From: Myxococcota bacterium
Lineage (GTDB): Bacteria; Myxococcota_A; UBA9160; UBA4427
Length of the DNA: 64,000 bases
Reading direction: 5' to 3'
Assembly (NCBI GenBank): GCA_965250285.1
Contig: OZ252299.1
Location: 1,344,001-1,408,000, forward strand
The position numbers and the translations under genes are program-made. The stretch's first letter is position 1; every line of letters begins with the position of its first letter. Under the pieces are notes generated by a model. That model did not search any database, had not been told where the DNA came from, and saw nothing but the letters and a program-made list of their open reading frames with translations. This document shows positions 10,211 to 25,474 of this stretch, one piece after another.

Positions 10211-10527
10211 CGCGCCGCGACCATGAAGGTCGGCCCGGGGCGGCACAGGCCGCTGGGGCTCTGGCCTCCTTCGCTGCAGTGCCCCCCGGCGCACAGCAGA
10301 TGCCCGCCCCACGATCCATGCCCCGCCGGCGCTATCCCCGAGGGGATTTCGCGCTTGCTCCGATTCGGCGGCGCGCGCGCCGGTCTGCTCGTCCCTTGCC
10401 GGGCGGAGAATCTCCGCTGCACATGGAGTTCAAGGCGCTTCACGTCCACGCCGATGAGTTCGGCAGCGGCGGACGTCCGGCGGCAGTCGAGCAGCGTCTT
10501 CCTGTCACTGTGGGGAGCGGGAGAACG

Positions 10528-10881
10528 ATGGGAGAGACGGCGGCCGGCACGCAGGGCGCCCCGCAGCCGCGCCTCGATGTGCCGAGGGGAGGCTCGGTGC
10601 TGATCCGGACCGGCTTCTATGAGGGCTTCGAGATGCCCCTCGACCGCGAGTGGTTCGTGATCGGCCGCGGGCGCAGCGCCGACATGGTGGTGGCCGAGGC
10701 GACGATCAGTCGGGCGCACGCGGCCATCGGGTACGACGACACCGGCTTCTATGTCGAGGATCTCGGCAGCACGAACGGGACGCTGGTGAATGGAGCGCGC
10801 GTCGAGCGTCAGCCGCTCAAGCAGGGCGATCAGATTCAGATCGGCCGGCTCGTGGTGGAGGTGACCCTGCCCGGGGCCTGA
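10528..10881 (+). CDS. FHA domain protein
   Basis: IGR...ISRAHA...DLGSTNGT..NG...L..GD.I.IG. Confidence 0.9.
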   Translation: MGETAAGTQGAPQPRLDVPRGGSVLIRTGFYEGFEMPLDREWFVIGRGRSADMVVAEATISRAHAAIGYDDTGFYVEDLGSTNGTLVNGARVERQPLKQGDQIQIGRLVVEVTLPGA

Positions 10882-10913
10882 GGGGGCCCGGCGCAGCGGA
10901 TTCGGGAGAGGGG

Positions 10914-11936
10914 ATGGACCACTACACGCTGATTTTCGTGTCGGACGAGCGATCGCCGGTCAAGCGATTCCAGATCCCGCGCTACTTCGTCAAGCGCGCG
11001 ATCTATGGCGCCGCGGCGGCGGCCTTCGTCTGCCTGCTCGCCAGCTGGGACTATTGGCGCGTGCGCTCCGACAACGCCGAGCTCCAGACGCTGCGCGTCG
11101 AAGCGGCGGAGCAGCGCGAACAGATCCGGCGCTTCGAGTCGACGCTCGCGACGGCGCAGGTCGAGCTCGAACGCGTGCGCGAGCTCGAACGCAAGGTGCG
11201 CATCATCGCCAACCTGCCCGGTGCTGCGAGCATCGGCGGGGAGGGCGTCAGCGAGATCACCACGATGCCCGAGTCGCACGAGGGGCAACCGATCCTGCCG
11301 GTCGGCGTCCCCGTCGATCCGAACGCACCGGTGCCCACCGGTCAGGGCGGCGGCGCGCTGCCGAACGATGCCCTGTCGGTCCTCGACGACGCCGCGCTGC
11401 GCGACCGCGCGCTGTCGAGCGAAGGCGCGCAGCGCGTGCACCGACTCGGTGAAGTGGCGTCGACCATCGAGTCGATCGCCTCGGTGCGCGGCATCAGCCT
11501 CGACGAGCTGATGGTTCAGCTCGAGGACAAGCGCGTGCGCCTCGACAGCATGCCGAGCGTCTGGCCTGCGAAGGGGTGGCTCACGTCGCGCTTCGGTCCT
11601 CGGGTTTCACCCTTTACAGGCCGCGCCCAGCATCACGCGGGCATCGACATCGCGGCGGCCAAGGGCACGCCCATTCACGCGCCGGCCAGCGGCCGCGTCG
11701 CCTACGTCGGCCGCAAGGGACCGCTCGGCAACGCGCTCGTGATCGACCACGGCTTCGGCGTGCGCACGTTCTACGGCCACAACGACAAGATCCACGTGAA
11801 GGTCGGGCAGACGGTCGAGCGCGGCGAGCGGGTCGCCGACATCGGCAACAGCGGCCGCAGCACCGGCCCGCACCTGCACTACGTCGTCGAGGTGAATGGC
11901 AAGCCCAAGGATCCCCTCGACTACATCTTCGACTGA
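10914..11936 (+). CDS. M23 family metallopeptidase with N-terminal TM and coiled coil
   Basis: HAGID, YGH, GNSGRSTGPHLHY. Confidence 0.92.
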   Translation: MDHYTLIFVSDERSPVKRFQIPRYFVKRAIYGAAAAAFVCLLASWDYWRVRSDNAELQTLRVEAAEQREQIRRFESTLATAQVELERVRELERKVRIIANLPGAASIGGEGVSEITTMPESHEGQPILPVGVPVDPNAPVPTGQGGGALPNDALSVLDDAALRDRALSSEGAQRVHRLGEVASTIESIASVRGISLDELMVQLEDKRVRLDSMPSVWPAKGWLTSRFGPRVSPFTGRAQHHAGIDIAAAKGTPIHAPASGRVAYVGRKGPLGNALVIDHGFGVRTFYGHNDKIHVKVGQTVERGERVADIGNSGRSTGPHLHYVVEVNGKPKDPLDYIFD

Positions 11937-12278
11937 CGTCGACGAGTAGAGGCCGCGCACGAGCGCGCGCCGCGTACTCGGCGCACTCGAGCGGACGCCC
12001 TCGAACGTCTCTGCGCCGAACGGCGCACGCACAGCTTCTCCCCGCGGTCGGCGCACGCGCTGCGTCGGCCTGGGTGCGAGCGGGCCCGGCAGCCAGGCGG
12101 GCACCACGGAAGCCGGAGCGGCATCGAAACCCGCGCTTCCCCGAATCTCCCCCCCTTCGACGCCGAGTCTTCGGCGCTGCATTGGGCAGTGCGGTTGATT
12201 CGGCCTGCACCGCGCCGAGGATTGCGGCTAGAATCCGCCTCTCCGCGCCTCATCCCCTCGGGAGCCAGCCCGCCGGCC

Positions 12279-15050
<2,772 letters not shown>

Positions 15051-15285
15051 CGACCCGCTCTGAAATCGTCGGCCCGGCGCGCCGTGCGCGCCCCTTTGTC
15101 CGACCCCGGCGGGTGTGGTATCAAACCGCGACTTCACACGCCGCGCGCCGCCCCTGCGGTGCTCGCCTCGTGTGCCGATCCAGCCAAAACTGCTTCGAAA
15201 CCGAAGGGTTTTGCGCGATCGGCCGAAGGCGGGTTGGGGATCGACGGACGCTCGGCGGAGGCCCAACCGCGAAGGAGAGCAAGTC

Positions 15286-16347
15286 ATGTCCGAGACGACG
15301 GTCACGCCGTCGGGCGGCGCCGATGCGGCCGCCGACCCCAACCCCGCCACCGATGCCGCCGAGGCCTCGCAGACCGCCCAGGCCTTCGAGAAGACCACCG
15401 TCGACATCCCCGCGCTGCTCGAAGCCGGTGTCCACTTCGGTCACCAGGCGAGCCGCTGGGATCCGCGGATGCGCCACTACATCTTCGGCGTTCGCAACGG
15501 CACCCACATCATCGATCTCGATCAGACGCTGCCGCTCTTTCAGGCCGCCCTCGACGAGATTCGCGAGATCGTCGCGGAGGGCGGCAAGGTGCTCTTCGTC
15601 GGCACCAAGCGGCAGGCTGCGCCGAGCATCATGAGTGAGGCCGAGCGCGCCCGGCAGTACTACGTCAACAACCGCTGGCTGGGCGGCATGCTGACGAACT
15701 GGAAGACGGTCAAGAAGTCGATCGAGTCCTACAAGGGGCTGCTCGAGATCGAGGCCGCCGAGGACAAGAACGAGCAGTACTCCAAGAAGGAGCTCGCTCG
15801 TTTCCGGCGCCAGATCGAGAAGTACGAGAAGTCGCTCGCCGGTATTCGCGAGATGGGTCGCCTGCCCGACGCGATCTTCATCATCGACGTCGGCAAGGAG
15901 GACATCGCGGTCACCGAGGCGAAGCGCCTCGGGATCCCGATCTTCGCCGTCGTCGACTCGAACTGCAATCCGAACGAGATCGACTACCCGATCCCGGGCA
16001 ACGACGATGCGTTGCGCGCGATCGCGCTCTACTGCGCGGCCGTGGCCGACGCCTGCATCGAGGGCAACGAGCAGCACCAGGCGAAGCTGCGCGATTCGAA
16101 GACCCAGGAGCCCGCGCGCGAAGAGAAGAAGTCGCAGCAGGGACGCCGGGTCGTCGAGATCAAGCAGCAGCCGCGGCGCAGTCGCGGTGGCCAGGGGGGT
16201 CGCGACGGCGGCCAGGGTGGCAGCGGTCGCACCTTCAGCGCCGGCAAGCCCGAAGCCGAGGACGCGCCGGCGGCACCGGCCGCGCCGAGCGGCGACGCGC
16301 CGAAGCCCGAGGGCGACGCGCCGAAGCCCGAGGGCGACGCGAGCTGA
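15286..16347 (+). CDS. rpsB: 30S ribosomal protein S2 with long N- and C-terminal extensions
   Basis: [24 protein letters not shown]. Confidence 0.97.
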   Translation: MSETTVTPSGGADAAADPNPATDAAEASQTAQAFEKTTVDIPALLEAGVHFGHQASRWDPRMRHYIFGVRNGTHIIDLDQTLPLFQAALDEIREIVAEGGKVLFVGTKRQAAPSIMSEAERARQYYVNNRWLGGMLTNWKTVKKSIESYKGLLEIEAAEDKNEQYSKKELARFRRQIEKYEKSLAGIREMGRLPDAIFIIDVGKEDIAVTEAKRLGIPIFAVVDSNCNPNEIDYPIPGNDDALRAIALYCAAVADACIEGNEQHQAKLRDSKTQEPAREEKKSQQGRRVVEIKQQPRRSRGGQGGRDGGQGGSGRTFSAGKPEAEDAPAAPAAPSGDAPKPEGDAPKPEGDAS

Positions 16348-16481
16348 GAGATCCGGCCCGCCTGCCCGCGGGCCCCGTTGGCGCCTCGGCTCGCCCCGCC
16401 CGATCGGCGGGCGCCCAGCCGGGGCCACCAAAGCGAACACACAGCCAGGAGCCGAAGCGAAGGCTCCGAGGGAGAAGCGAG

Positions 16482-17327
16482 TTGGCTGGCATCAGTGCGA
16501 AGGATGTGAAGGCCCTGCGCGACCAGAGCGGCGCGGGCATGATGGATTGCAAAAAGGCCCTGTCCGACGCCGACGGTGACGTCGACAAGGCCCAGGAGCT
16601 GCTGCGCGAACGCGGCCTCGCGAAGGCGGGCAAGCGCGCGGGCCGCGCCACGAGCGAAGGTTCGGTCGGTTTCTCGATCGAAGGCGGCAACGGCACGATG
16701 GTCGAGATCGGCTGCGAGACCGACTTCGTGGCGCGCAACGAGAAGTTCCAGGCGCTCGTGCAGAAGATCGCCGACGCCATCGCCGCCGCCGGTGCGGGCG
16801 ACAGCGTCGAGAAGGCGCTGCAGGCGCCGGTCGACGGCACGACCATCGAAGAGCTGCTCGCCCAGAACGTGGGCGTGATCGGCGAGAACATGGAGCTCAA
16901 GCGCGTGGCGCAGCTCTCGGTCGACGGCGTCGTGAGCGGCTACATCCACGGCGGCGGCTCACTCGGCGTGCTCGTCGCGATCGAGACGGGCAACCCGGGT
17001 GCGTTCGGTGACGTCGCTCGCGACGTGGCGATGCACGTGGCCGCGGCCGACCCGACGCCCCTGGCGGTCTCGCGGGACGAGATCGACCCCGCGGTGGTCG
17101 CCAAGGAAGAGGAGTTCCTCAAGAAGGAGGCGCTCGCCTCGGGCAAGCCCGAGAACATCGTCGACAACATGGTGAAGGGCCGCATGAACAAGTTCTTCGT
17201 CGAGCATGCGCTCGTCGATCAGCCCTTCGTCAAGGACCCAGACAAGAAGGTCGGGGCCATCGTGAGCGAGGTCGGGGACGGCACGCTCAAGGCCTTCGCA
17301 CGCTTCAAGCTGGGAGAGGCCGCCTGA
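16482..17327 (+). CDS. tsf: Translation elongation factor Ts
   Basis: TTG start after [23 protein letters not shown]. Confidence 0.97.
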   Translation: MAGISAKDVKALRDQSGAGMMDCKKALSDADGDVDKAQELLRERGLAKAGKRAGRATSEGSVGFSIEGGNGTMVEIGCETDFVARNEKFQALVQKIADAIAAAGAGDSVEKALQAPVDGTTIEELLAQNVGVIGENMELKRVAQLSVDGVVSGYIHGGGSLGVLVAIETGNPGAFGDVARDVAMHVAAADPTPLAVSRDEIDPAVVAKEEEFLKKEALASGKPENIVDNMVKGRMNKFFVEHALVDQPFVKDPDKKVGAIVSEVGDGTLKAFARFKLGEAA

Positions 17328-17329
17328 CA

Positions 17330-18049
17330 GTGGAGCCCGCCTACAAGCGCTTGCTGATCAAGCTGTCGGGCGAGGGGCTCGCCGGCGAGGACGGCTCCGG
17401 CATCAACCCGGCGGTGATCGGCGGCGTGGCGGAGCAGCTGCGCGAGGTGCACGACCTCGGGGCCGAGATCTCGATCGTGATCGGGGGCGGCAACATCATC
17501 CGCGGCATGACGGCGGCGAACCAGGGCATGGATCGCGCCAACGCCGACTACATGGGCATGCTCGCGAGCGTGATCAACGCGATGGCGCTGCAGGATGCGC
17601 TGGAGCATGTCGGGTTGCAGACCCGGGTGCTGTCGGCGCTCGACACGAAGCAGGTCGCCGAGCCCTACATCCGGCGACGCGCGGTGCGGCACCTCGAGAA
17701 GGGGCGTGTCGTGATCTTCGGCGGCGGCACCGGCAACCCCTACTTCACCACCGACACGGCGGCGGCGCTGCGCGCGGCCGAGATTCACGCCGACGTGATC
17801 CTGAAGGCGACGCAGGTCGATGGCGTCTACGACGCCGACCCGCACAAGGATCCGAATGCGACGCGCTACGAGCGGCTGAGCTACGACGAAGCCATGCGAA
17901 AGAACCTGCAGTTCATGGATCAGGCAGCCATCGCCCTCAGTCGCGAGAACTCGCTGCCGATCGTAGTGTTCGACATGAGCGTGTCGGACAACATCCGCAA
18001 GGTCGTCCTCGGCGAGACCGTGGGGACGACCGTGACGGTCGACGGCTGA
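17330..18049 (+). CDS. pyrH: UMP kinase
   Basis: [24 protein letters not shown]. Confidence 0.97.
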   Translation: MEPAYKRLLIKLSGEGLAGEDGSGINPAVIGGVAEQLREVHDLGAEISIVIGGGNIIRGMTAANQGMDRANADYMGMLASVINAMALQDALEHVGLQTRVLSALDTKQVAEPYIRRRAVRHLEKGRVVIFGGGTGNPYFTTDTAAALRAAEIHADVILKATQVDGVYDADPHKDPNATRYERLSYDEAMRKNLQFMDQAAIALSRENSLPIVVFDMSVSDNIRKVVLGETVGTTVTVDG

Positions 18050-18124
18050 CGCGGGCTTCGGCCTTCGGTCGACACGGGTGTGTCGGGCGCGGGCGGATGC
18101 GCCACGAGTTCAGTGGGGGACGAG

Positions 18125-18697
18125 ATGGCCGGCGAAGAAGAAGTCCAGATGGTGCTCGACGATGCGCGCGAGGCGATGGACAAGTCGATCGAGCGCTACA
18201 AGCGCGAGCTCTTGAAGGTGCGAACCGGGCGGGCGAACCCGGCGCTCCTCGACGGCATCACCGTCGACTACTTCGACACGCCGACACCGCTCAAGCAGCT
18301 GGCTTCGCTCTCGGTGCCCGATCCGCGCATGATCGTCATCTCGCCCTTCGACAAGACCGCGATCTCGAACATCGAGAAGGCGATTCAGACGAGCGACCTC
18401 GGCGTGACGCCGACCAATGACGGCAAGGTCGTTCGTATCTCGGTGCCGCCGCTCACTGAAGAGCGCCGCAAGCAGCTGGTCAAGCAGGTCAAGAAGACGG
18501 CCGAAGAGCACCGGGTATCGGTTCGAGACGCCCGTCGCGACGCCGTGTCGATGCTCAAGGATCTCGAGTCGGACGGGACGCTTCCCAAGGACGATCGCCA
18601 TCGCGCCGACAAGTCGGTTCAGGATCTGACCGACGAGTACGTGGGCAGGATCGACGAGCTCACGAGCGCGAAGGAGACCGAGGTCCTCGAGGTCTGA
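18125..18697 (+). CDS. frr: Ribosome recycling factor
   Basis: RTGRANP, PPLTEERRK. Confidence 0.97.
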   Translation: MAGEEEVQMVLDDAREAMDKSIERYKRELLKVRTGRANPALLDGITVDYFDTPTPLKQLASLSVPDPRMIVISPFDKTAISNIEKAIQTSDLGVTPTNDGKVVRISVPPLTEERRKQLVKQVKKTAEEHRVSVRDARRDAVSMLKDLESDGTLPKDDRHRADKSVQDLTDEYVGRIDELTSAKETEVLEV

Positions 18698-18699
18698 CG

Positions 18700-19488
18700 A
18701 TGGCTCACGAGGCCACCGACAAGCTGCCCGTCCCCCGCCACGTCGCCATCATCATGGATGGCAATGGGCGTTGGGCCGAGTCGCGCGGACGCGAACGCAA
18801 CGCGGGCCACCGCGAGGGCATCGAGAGCGTGCGCGACGTGCTGCGCGCGTCGAACGATCTCGGCATCGAGTACCTCACGCTCTACGCCTTCAGTCAGCAG
18901 AACTGGGATCGACCCCGTGACGAGGTCGCAGAGCTGATGCGGCTCCTCGAGGAATACCTCGAGACCGAGATCGACGAGGTCATGGAGAACGAGATCCGCA
19001 TTCGGTCGATGGGCCGAATGGACCGCCTGCCGCCGAGCACCCGGGCCGCAGTCGAAGATGCGATCGCGCGCACTGCCGATCACACCCGGCTCAACCTGAC
19101 GTTCGCGTTGTCGTACGGCGGACGCACCGAGATCGTCGACGCCGCTCGCAAGCTCGTGCGCGACTTCGAGGACGGCAAGGTCGACCCCGACGCCCTCGAC
19201 GAGAAGCAGTTCGCCTCGTATCTGTATGAGCCCGATCTCCCCGACCCCGATCTGCTGATCCGAACCGGCAACGAGATGCGGGTGTCGAATTTTCTGCTTT
19301 GGCAGATCGCGTACACCGAGATCTACACCACCGAGCTGATGTGGCCCGCGTTCCGGCGAGCGCACTTCGAAGAGGCGATCCGCGACTATCAGGCGCGAGA
19401 GCGGCGATTCGGCAAGACGAGCGCTCAGCTGGCCGACGCGACCCCCATGATCGAATCGCCCGAAGGAGGGCGCCGAGGGGGCGCCTGA
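18700..19488 (+). CDS. uppS: Undecaprenyl diphosphate synthase
   Basis: HVAIIMDGNGRWA, SYGGR, R.SNFLLWQ. Confidence 0.96.
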   Translation: MAHEATDKLPVPRHVAIIMDGNGRWAESRGRERNAGHREGIESVRDVLRASNDLGIEYLTLYAFSQQNWDRPRDEVAELMRLLEEYLETEIDEVMENEIRIRSMGRMDRLPPSTRAAVEDAIARTADHTRLNLTFALSYGGRTEIVDAARKLVRDFEDGKVDPDALDEKQFASYLYEPDLPDPDLLIRTGNEMRVSNFLLWQIAYTEIYTTELMWPAFRRAHFEEAIRDYQARERRFGKTSAQLADATPMIESPEGGRRGGA

Positions 19489-20681
19489 TGCGGCGCCTCT
19501 CGATCCTCGGCAGCACGGGCAGTATCGGCGTGCAGACGCTCGCCGTCGCCGCCGCCAACCCCGACCGCTTCGAAGTCGTCGCCCTCGCGGCGGGACAGAA
19601 CGTCGATCGCCTCGCCGAGCAGGTCGAGCGCTTCTCCCCCGACCTCGTCTCGGTCGCCGACGAAGCCGGGCGGGATCGGTTGCGCGCGCGCCTCGGCCGT
19701 GACGCACACATCGAGATCGGGCCGGCCGGGCTCGACGCCGTCGCAACGGCGCCGGCCGATCTGCTCGTCGCGGGGCTCGTCGGGGCCGTCGGCCTCGAGC
19801 CGACCCTGGCCGGAGTGCGCGCCGGTCGTGACGTCGCGCTCGCGAACAAAGAAGTCATGGTGATGGCGGGCGCCCTCGTGAACCGCGAGGTCGCGGCGCA
19901 CGGCGTGCGGCTGCTGCCTGTCGACAGCGAGCACAGCGCGATCTTCCAGGCCCTGGCCGGCCAGCGCATGGAGGACGTCGCGAAACTGATCCTCACGTGC
20001 TCGGGGGGGCCGTTCCGCACCTGGACCGCCGAGACGATGGCCCGGGCCACCGTCGATCAGGCGCTCGCGCACCCCAACTGGGACATGGGCGCGAAGATCA
20101 GCATCGACTCGGCGACGCTGATGAACAAGGGGCTCGAGGTGATCGAGGCACGCTGGCTCTTCGGCGTTCCGCCCGATCGCATCGACGTGGTCGTCCACCC
20201 GCAGTCGATCATCCACTCGCTCGTCGAGTATCGGGACACGTCGGTGATGGCCCAGCTCGGGCTGCCCGACATGCGTGTCCCGATTGCGGTGGCGCTGGCG
20301 CACCCCGAGCGCGTCGAGCTCGACGTGCCCCGGCTCGATCTCGCCACGGCGGGCCCGCTCGACTTCGAGGCCCCCGATCGCGAGCGCTTCCCGTGTCTCG
20401 ATCTGGCGTATCGGGCGCTCGAGGGCAGCGAAGAGGCGCCCGCCGTGCTGAACGCCGCCAACGAGGTCGCCGTCGAAGCGTTCCTGTCTGGGCTCATCCC
20501 ATTCGGGGCCATTGCCGATACGAATCGTGAGGTGCTTTCGCGGCATCTCGACGAGAGGGGCGGCGCGGTGGTGAGCGAGCTCGCCGAGGTGCGCGCCGCC
20601 GATGCATGGGCGCGGGCGGCGGCGCGAGACCGGCTGGGTCTCGACGCGTCACCCGGCCAACAGGAAGCGGCCGGGGCGTGA
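19488..20681 (+). CDS. dxr: 1-deoxy-D-xylulose-5-phosphate reductoisomerase
   Basis: ILGSTGSIG, LANKE, PVDSEH, HPNWDMG, NAANE; TGATG overlap with uppS. Confidence 0.97.
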   Translation: MRRLSILGSTGSIGVQTLAVAAANPDRFEVVALAAGQNVDRLAEQVERFSPDLVSVADEAGRDRLRARLGRDAHIEIGPAGLDAVATAPADLLVAGLVGAVGLEPTLAGVRAGRDVALANKEVMVMAGALVNREVAAHGVRLLPVDSEHSAIFQALAGQRMEDVAKLILTCSGGPFRTWTAETMARATVDQALAHPNWDMGAKISIDSATLMNKGLEVIEARWLFGVPPDRIDVVVHPQSIIHSLVEYRDTSVMAQLGLPDMRVPIAVALAHPERVELDVPRLDLATAGPLDFEAPDRERFPCLDLAYRALEGSEEAPAVLNAANEVAVEAFLSGLIPFGAIADTNREVLSRHLDERGGAVVSELAEVRAADAWARAAARDRLGLDASPGQQEAAGA

Positions 20682-20739
20682 GGCCGATCCGACTTGTGAC
20701 GCGTGCGTCGATCGCACCGGACCGAGGAGCCGACTGAGC

Positions 20740-22434
20740 ATGGCGTTCATCGACACACTCGTCGCCGCGATTCCGCTGCTCGGCATCCTGATCTTCGTTC
20801 ACGAGTTCGGGCACTTCGTGGTCGCGAAGGCCTGCGGCGTCCGTGTGCTCAAGTTCTCGATCGGCTTCGGCGCGCCCATCGGGATCGGCGATCGCCGCCT
20901 GCGCTGGGAGCGCGGGGGCACCGAGTACGTCGTCGGCTGGATCCCGCTCGGCGGCTTCGTCCGGATGCTCGGCGAGGTGCTGCCCGGCGACGAAGAACAC
21001 ATCGACATCCCCGCCGATGCACGACCCGATGAGTTCCTCGACGCGAAGCCCGTCTGGCAGAAGCTCGCCATCTCGTTCGCCGGCCCGGCGATGAACCTCG
21101 TGTTCCCGGTCGTCGCGTTCATGATCCTGCTCTTCGCGGGGATCGAGCGCGAGGGCGCCGTCATCGGCATGGTCGAGCTGAACTCGCCGGCCGCCGAGGT
21201 GGGGCTCGAGCCCGGCGATCGGGTGGTCGAAGCCGCCGGCGAGCCGGTCGCCTACTGGGGCGAGCTGGCCGAAACGGTCGTCGACACCGACCAGACCGAA
21301 TTGCCGCTGGTCGTCGAGCGCGCTGGCGAACGCCTCTCGTTCATCGTGCCGGTGGGTCGAAAGGATCGCCTCGACGCGTTTGGCGAGTCGAACGACATCG
21401 GCTGGATCGGCGTCGGCTGGCGCCGGTTGCCCGCGCTGCTCGGCGTCGTCGATCTCGCATCGCCGGCCGCGGGCGCAGGCTTGCAGAGCGGAGACCAGGT
21501 CGTCGCCGTCGGCGACGCCGACGTCGAGGATTGGATCGGCCTCGAGCAGGCCTACGCCCGGGCGGGCGAGGGCGGCAGCGTGCCGATCACCGTGCTGCGA
21601 GGCGCGGTCGATGACGACGAGACGGAGAAGACGCGGATCACGCTCGAAGCGCCCGCGCTCGGCTCGCTCGACGCGCTCGGCGTCGTCACGGCCACGATCT
21701 TCGTCGGCGCCGTCACCGACGGCATGCCGGCCGCCGAAGCGGGCCTGCAGCGTGGCGATCTCGTGCTCGGCGTCGATGGCGAGCGGCTCGGTAGCTTCTC
21801 GTCGTTCGTCGACATCGTGCAGACGAGCGGCGGTCGCTCGCTGATGATCGACTACGCGCGCGACGGCGCTCTGCGCAGCACCGTCGTGAAGCCCGTCGAG
21901 CGCGAAGTGCCGCACCCGATGGACATCGCTGGGATGACCCAGACGTTCTATCAGGTGGGCATTCGTCATGCGCTCGCGACGCTGCCGGGCGACGCCACCG
22001 TCGAGCGCACGCTGAACCCGCTCGTCGCGTTCCCCCGAGCCGTCGAGATGACGGTGGCCGTGTCGACCCGCTATCTCGAGGCGCTCGGCAAACTCGTCAG
22101 CGGCGGGGTCGGTGCCGAGCAGCTCTCGGGCCCGATCGGAATCGCCGAGATCGCTCGCAAGAGCCTCGATCGGGGCTGGACGACGTATCTCTCGACGATG
22201 ATCTTCATCTCGATCAATCTCGCGTTCTTGAATCTGCTGCCGATCCCGATCCTCGACGGCGGGCAGATCCTGCTCTTCGCCGTCGAAGGCATCAAGCGTT
22301 CGCCGATCTCGGCGCGCACCCGCGAGGTGACGCAGCAGATCGGGTTTCTGGTGCTCGTCATGTTGATGGGGCTCGCCTTCTACAACGACCTGTCGCGGCA
22401 CTGGGCGCAGTTCGTGAAGTGGCTGAGCGCCTAG
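20740..22434 (+). CDS. rseP: RIP metalloprotease RseP (M50, multiple PDZ)
   Basis: HEFGH, AGPAMN, NLLPIPILDGG. Confidence 0.95.
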   Translation: MAFIDTLVAAIPLLGILIFVHEFGHFVVAKACGVRVLKFSIGFGAPIGIGDRRLRWERGGTEYVVGWIPLGGFVRMLGEVLPGDEEHIDIPADARPDEFLDAKPVWQKLAISFAGPAMNLVFPVVAFMILLFAGIEREGAVIGMVELNSPAAEVGLEPGDRVVEAAGEPVAYWGELAETVVDTDQTELPLVVERAGERLSFIVPVGRKDRLDAFGESNDIGWIGVGWRRLPALLGVVDLASPAAGAGLQSGDQVVAVGDADVEDWIGLEQAYARAGEGGSVPITVLRGAVDDDETEKTRITLEAPALGSLDALGVVTATIFVGAVTDGMPAAEAGLQRGDLVLGVDGERLGSFSSFVDIVQTSGGRSLMIDYARDGALRSTVVKPVEREVPHPMDIAGMTQTFYQVGIRHALATLPGDATVERTLNPLVAFPRAVEMTVAVSTRYLEALGKLVSGGVGAEQLSGPIGIAEIARKSLDRGWTTYLSTMIFISINLAFLNLLPIPILDGGQILLFAVEGIKRSPISARTREVTQQIGFLVLVMLMGLAFYNDLSRHWAQFVKWLSA

Positions 22435-22444
22435 CCTCCACCCG

Positions 22445-23194
22445 ATGGCCTCTTCCGACGACCTGCTGCTGGCGATCGAATCGGCCACGCGGCGCGCGAG
22501 CGTGGTGCTCGCCCGTGGCGCCGAGGTCGTGGCCGAGCGCCAGGGCGACGCACACGATCACCACGCCGAACAGCTGCTGCCGATGATCGACGACCTGCTC
22601 GCGTCGGCGGGTGCAGGGCTCGCGGACGTGAGCGCCTTCGGCGTCTCGATCGGCCCCGGCGCGTTCACGAGTCTGCGCATCGGCCTGGCGACGGTGAAGG
22701 GCCTCGCGTTCGGCGGGCATGCCCCCGTCGCCGCGGTCTCGACCCTCGAGGCCCTCGCCCACGGCGCGCTGCGCGCGGGGCGTGTGGACGACGGTGAACT
22801 CTGTGTGCCGCTGCTCGATGCACGGCGGGGCGCGTTCTACGCCGGCGGCTACCGGCTGGCGCAGGGCGACTCGCTGGCGGCGCCCGGGCGCCTGGTGGAG
22901 CAGATCGCGGACGACGTGACGACGGTCGAAGCTCTGGGCCCGCGGCTCGAGGGGCCGGTGCGGTTGGTCGGGGAGGGCGCGGCGCTCTTCGGTGACGCCC
23001 TGACCGCGGCGGCGCCGAAGGCCCAGATCGTCGCCGACGCGCAGGACGCGATCTGGCCGGACGCGCGCTCGGTCGCGGCCATCGGGCACGCCCTGCTCGA
23101 AGCCGGTGAAGGGCGACCTGCGGGCGTCCTCGTGCCGCGCTATCTGCGGCGCACGCAAGCCGAGGAGCAGCGGGCGGCGCGGGGCGGCGACTGA
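22445..23194 (+). CDS. tsaB: tRNA t6A biosynthesis protein TsaB
   Basis: LAIESAT, GPGAFTSLRIG, DARR. Confidence 0.93.
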   Translation: MASSDDLLLAIESATRRASVVLARGAEVVAERQGDAHDHHAEQLLPMIDDLLASAGAGLADVSAFGVSIGPGAFTSLRIGLATVKGLAFGGHAPVAAVSTLEALAHGALRAGRVDDGELCVPLLDARRGAFYAGGYRLAQGDSLAAPGRLVEQIADDVTTVEALGPRLEGPVRLVGEGAALFGDALTAAAPKAQIVADAQDAIWPDARSVAAIGHALLEAGEGRPAGVLVPRYLRRTQAEEQRAARGGD

Positions 23195-23218
23195 CGCCCA
23201 GGCGTCGGTCCGATCGCT

Positions 23219-24471
<1,253 letters not shown>

Positions 24472-24541
24472 GCGTTCGGCGCAGCTCGGGCTCCGGATCG
24501 GATCGGGGCGGGCGTCTGGCCTGGGAGGACCACCCGTGGCG

Positions 24542-25474
24542 ATGGAAGCCGTCGAGTCTGAAAACGCAGGAGGACGCCGGCGTAAGCGACGGCGCGGACG
24601 CCGCCGGGGCGACCACGCCCCGCGCTTCGGCGCGCTGCTGCCCAACGTGCTGACGACGGGCAACCTCGCCGCCGGCTTCTACGCGATCATCAAGGCCAGC
24701 ACGGGCGATCCCGTGTTCGCCTCGTACATGATCTTCGTCGCCGGCGTCTTCGACATTCTCGATGGCCGGGCCGCGCGCCTGGCCAAGGTCGAGAGTCGCT
24801 TCGGCCAGGAGTACGACTCGATCTCGGACACGGTCTCGTTCGGCGTCGCGCCGGCCGTGATCGCGTTCCACGCCGGGGGCTTCGACGAGCTGCGCTGGGC
24901 AGGCTGGCTGCTCGCGTTCGTGTACACCACGTGCGCATCCCTGCGGCTGGCTCGATACAACGTATCGAGCGGTCGCTACGAGGGGCGCTTCGACGGGCTG
25001 CCGAGCCCGGCTGCGGCCGGCATGGTCGTTTCGACGATCTGGTTCAGCGAGTGGCTGCGGGGCTTCGACATCGTGCTCGGGCTGCCGCCGATTCTGCCGG
25101 CCATGGGCATCGCGTTCGTGGGCCTCGCGATGGTCACGCCGATCCCGTACCACAACATGAAGGGGATCAAGCTCGGCAGCTCATTTGGCGGGCTGGCCTT
25201 CTCGATCGTGTTGCTGATCTTCGTCTTCCTCGAGCCGGGGTTGAACTTCTTCTTGATCGGCATCACGTATCTGCTCTCGGGGCCCTTCGAGGTCATCTGG
25301 CGCAAGCGCACGGGTCGATCGCTCGACGATCTGGCGGTGGCGGCCACGGAGGCCGTCGAAGAGCTGGCTCAGGATGCCGGCCTCGCCGTGGCCGAAGACG
25401 AGCAGGGCGCCGAGCATCCGCCGCTGCGGGCCGCGCAGGGCGAGCCCGAAGACGAAGGGGAGACGACGCGATGA
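24542..25474 (+). CDS. pssA: CDP-diacylglycerol--serine O-phosphatidyltransferase
   Basis: LPN.LT..N, D.LDG..AR...S.FG.E.DS..D.VSFGVAP, RLARYN, GLPSP. Confidence 0.9.
   Translation: MEAVESENAGGRRRKRRRGRRRGDHAPRFGALLPNVLTTGNLAAGFYAIIKASTGDPVFASYMIFVAGVFDILDGRAARLAKVESRFGQEYDSISDTVSFGVAPAVIAFHAGGFDELRWAGWLLAFVYTTCASLRLARYNVSSGRYEGRFDGLPSPAAAGMVVSTIWFSEWLRGFDIVLGLPPILPAMGIAFVGLAMVTPIPYHNMKGIKLGSSFGGLAFSIVLLIFVFLEPGLNFFLIGITYLLSGPFEVIWRKRTGRSLDDLAVAATEAVEELAQDAGLAVAEDEQGAEHPPLRAAQGEPEDEGETTR

Noticed and set aside
16291..16342. 21-bp repeat (GDAPKPE) in rpsB tail
   Set aside because: Low-complexity S2 tails are common; little significance
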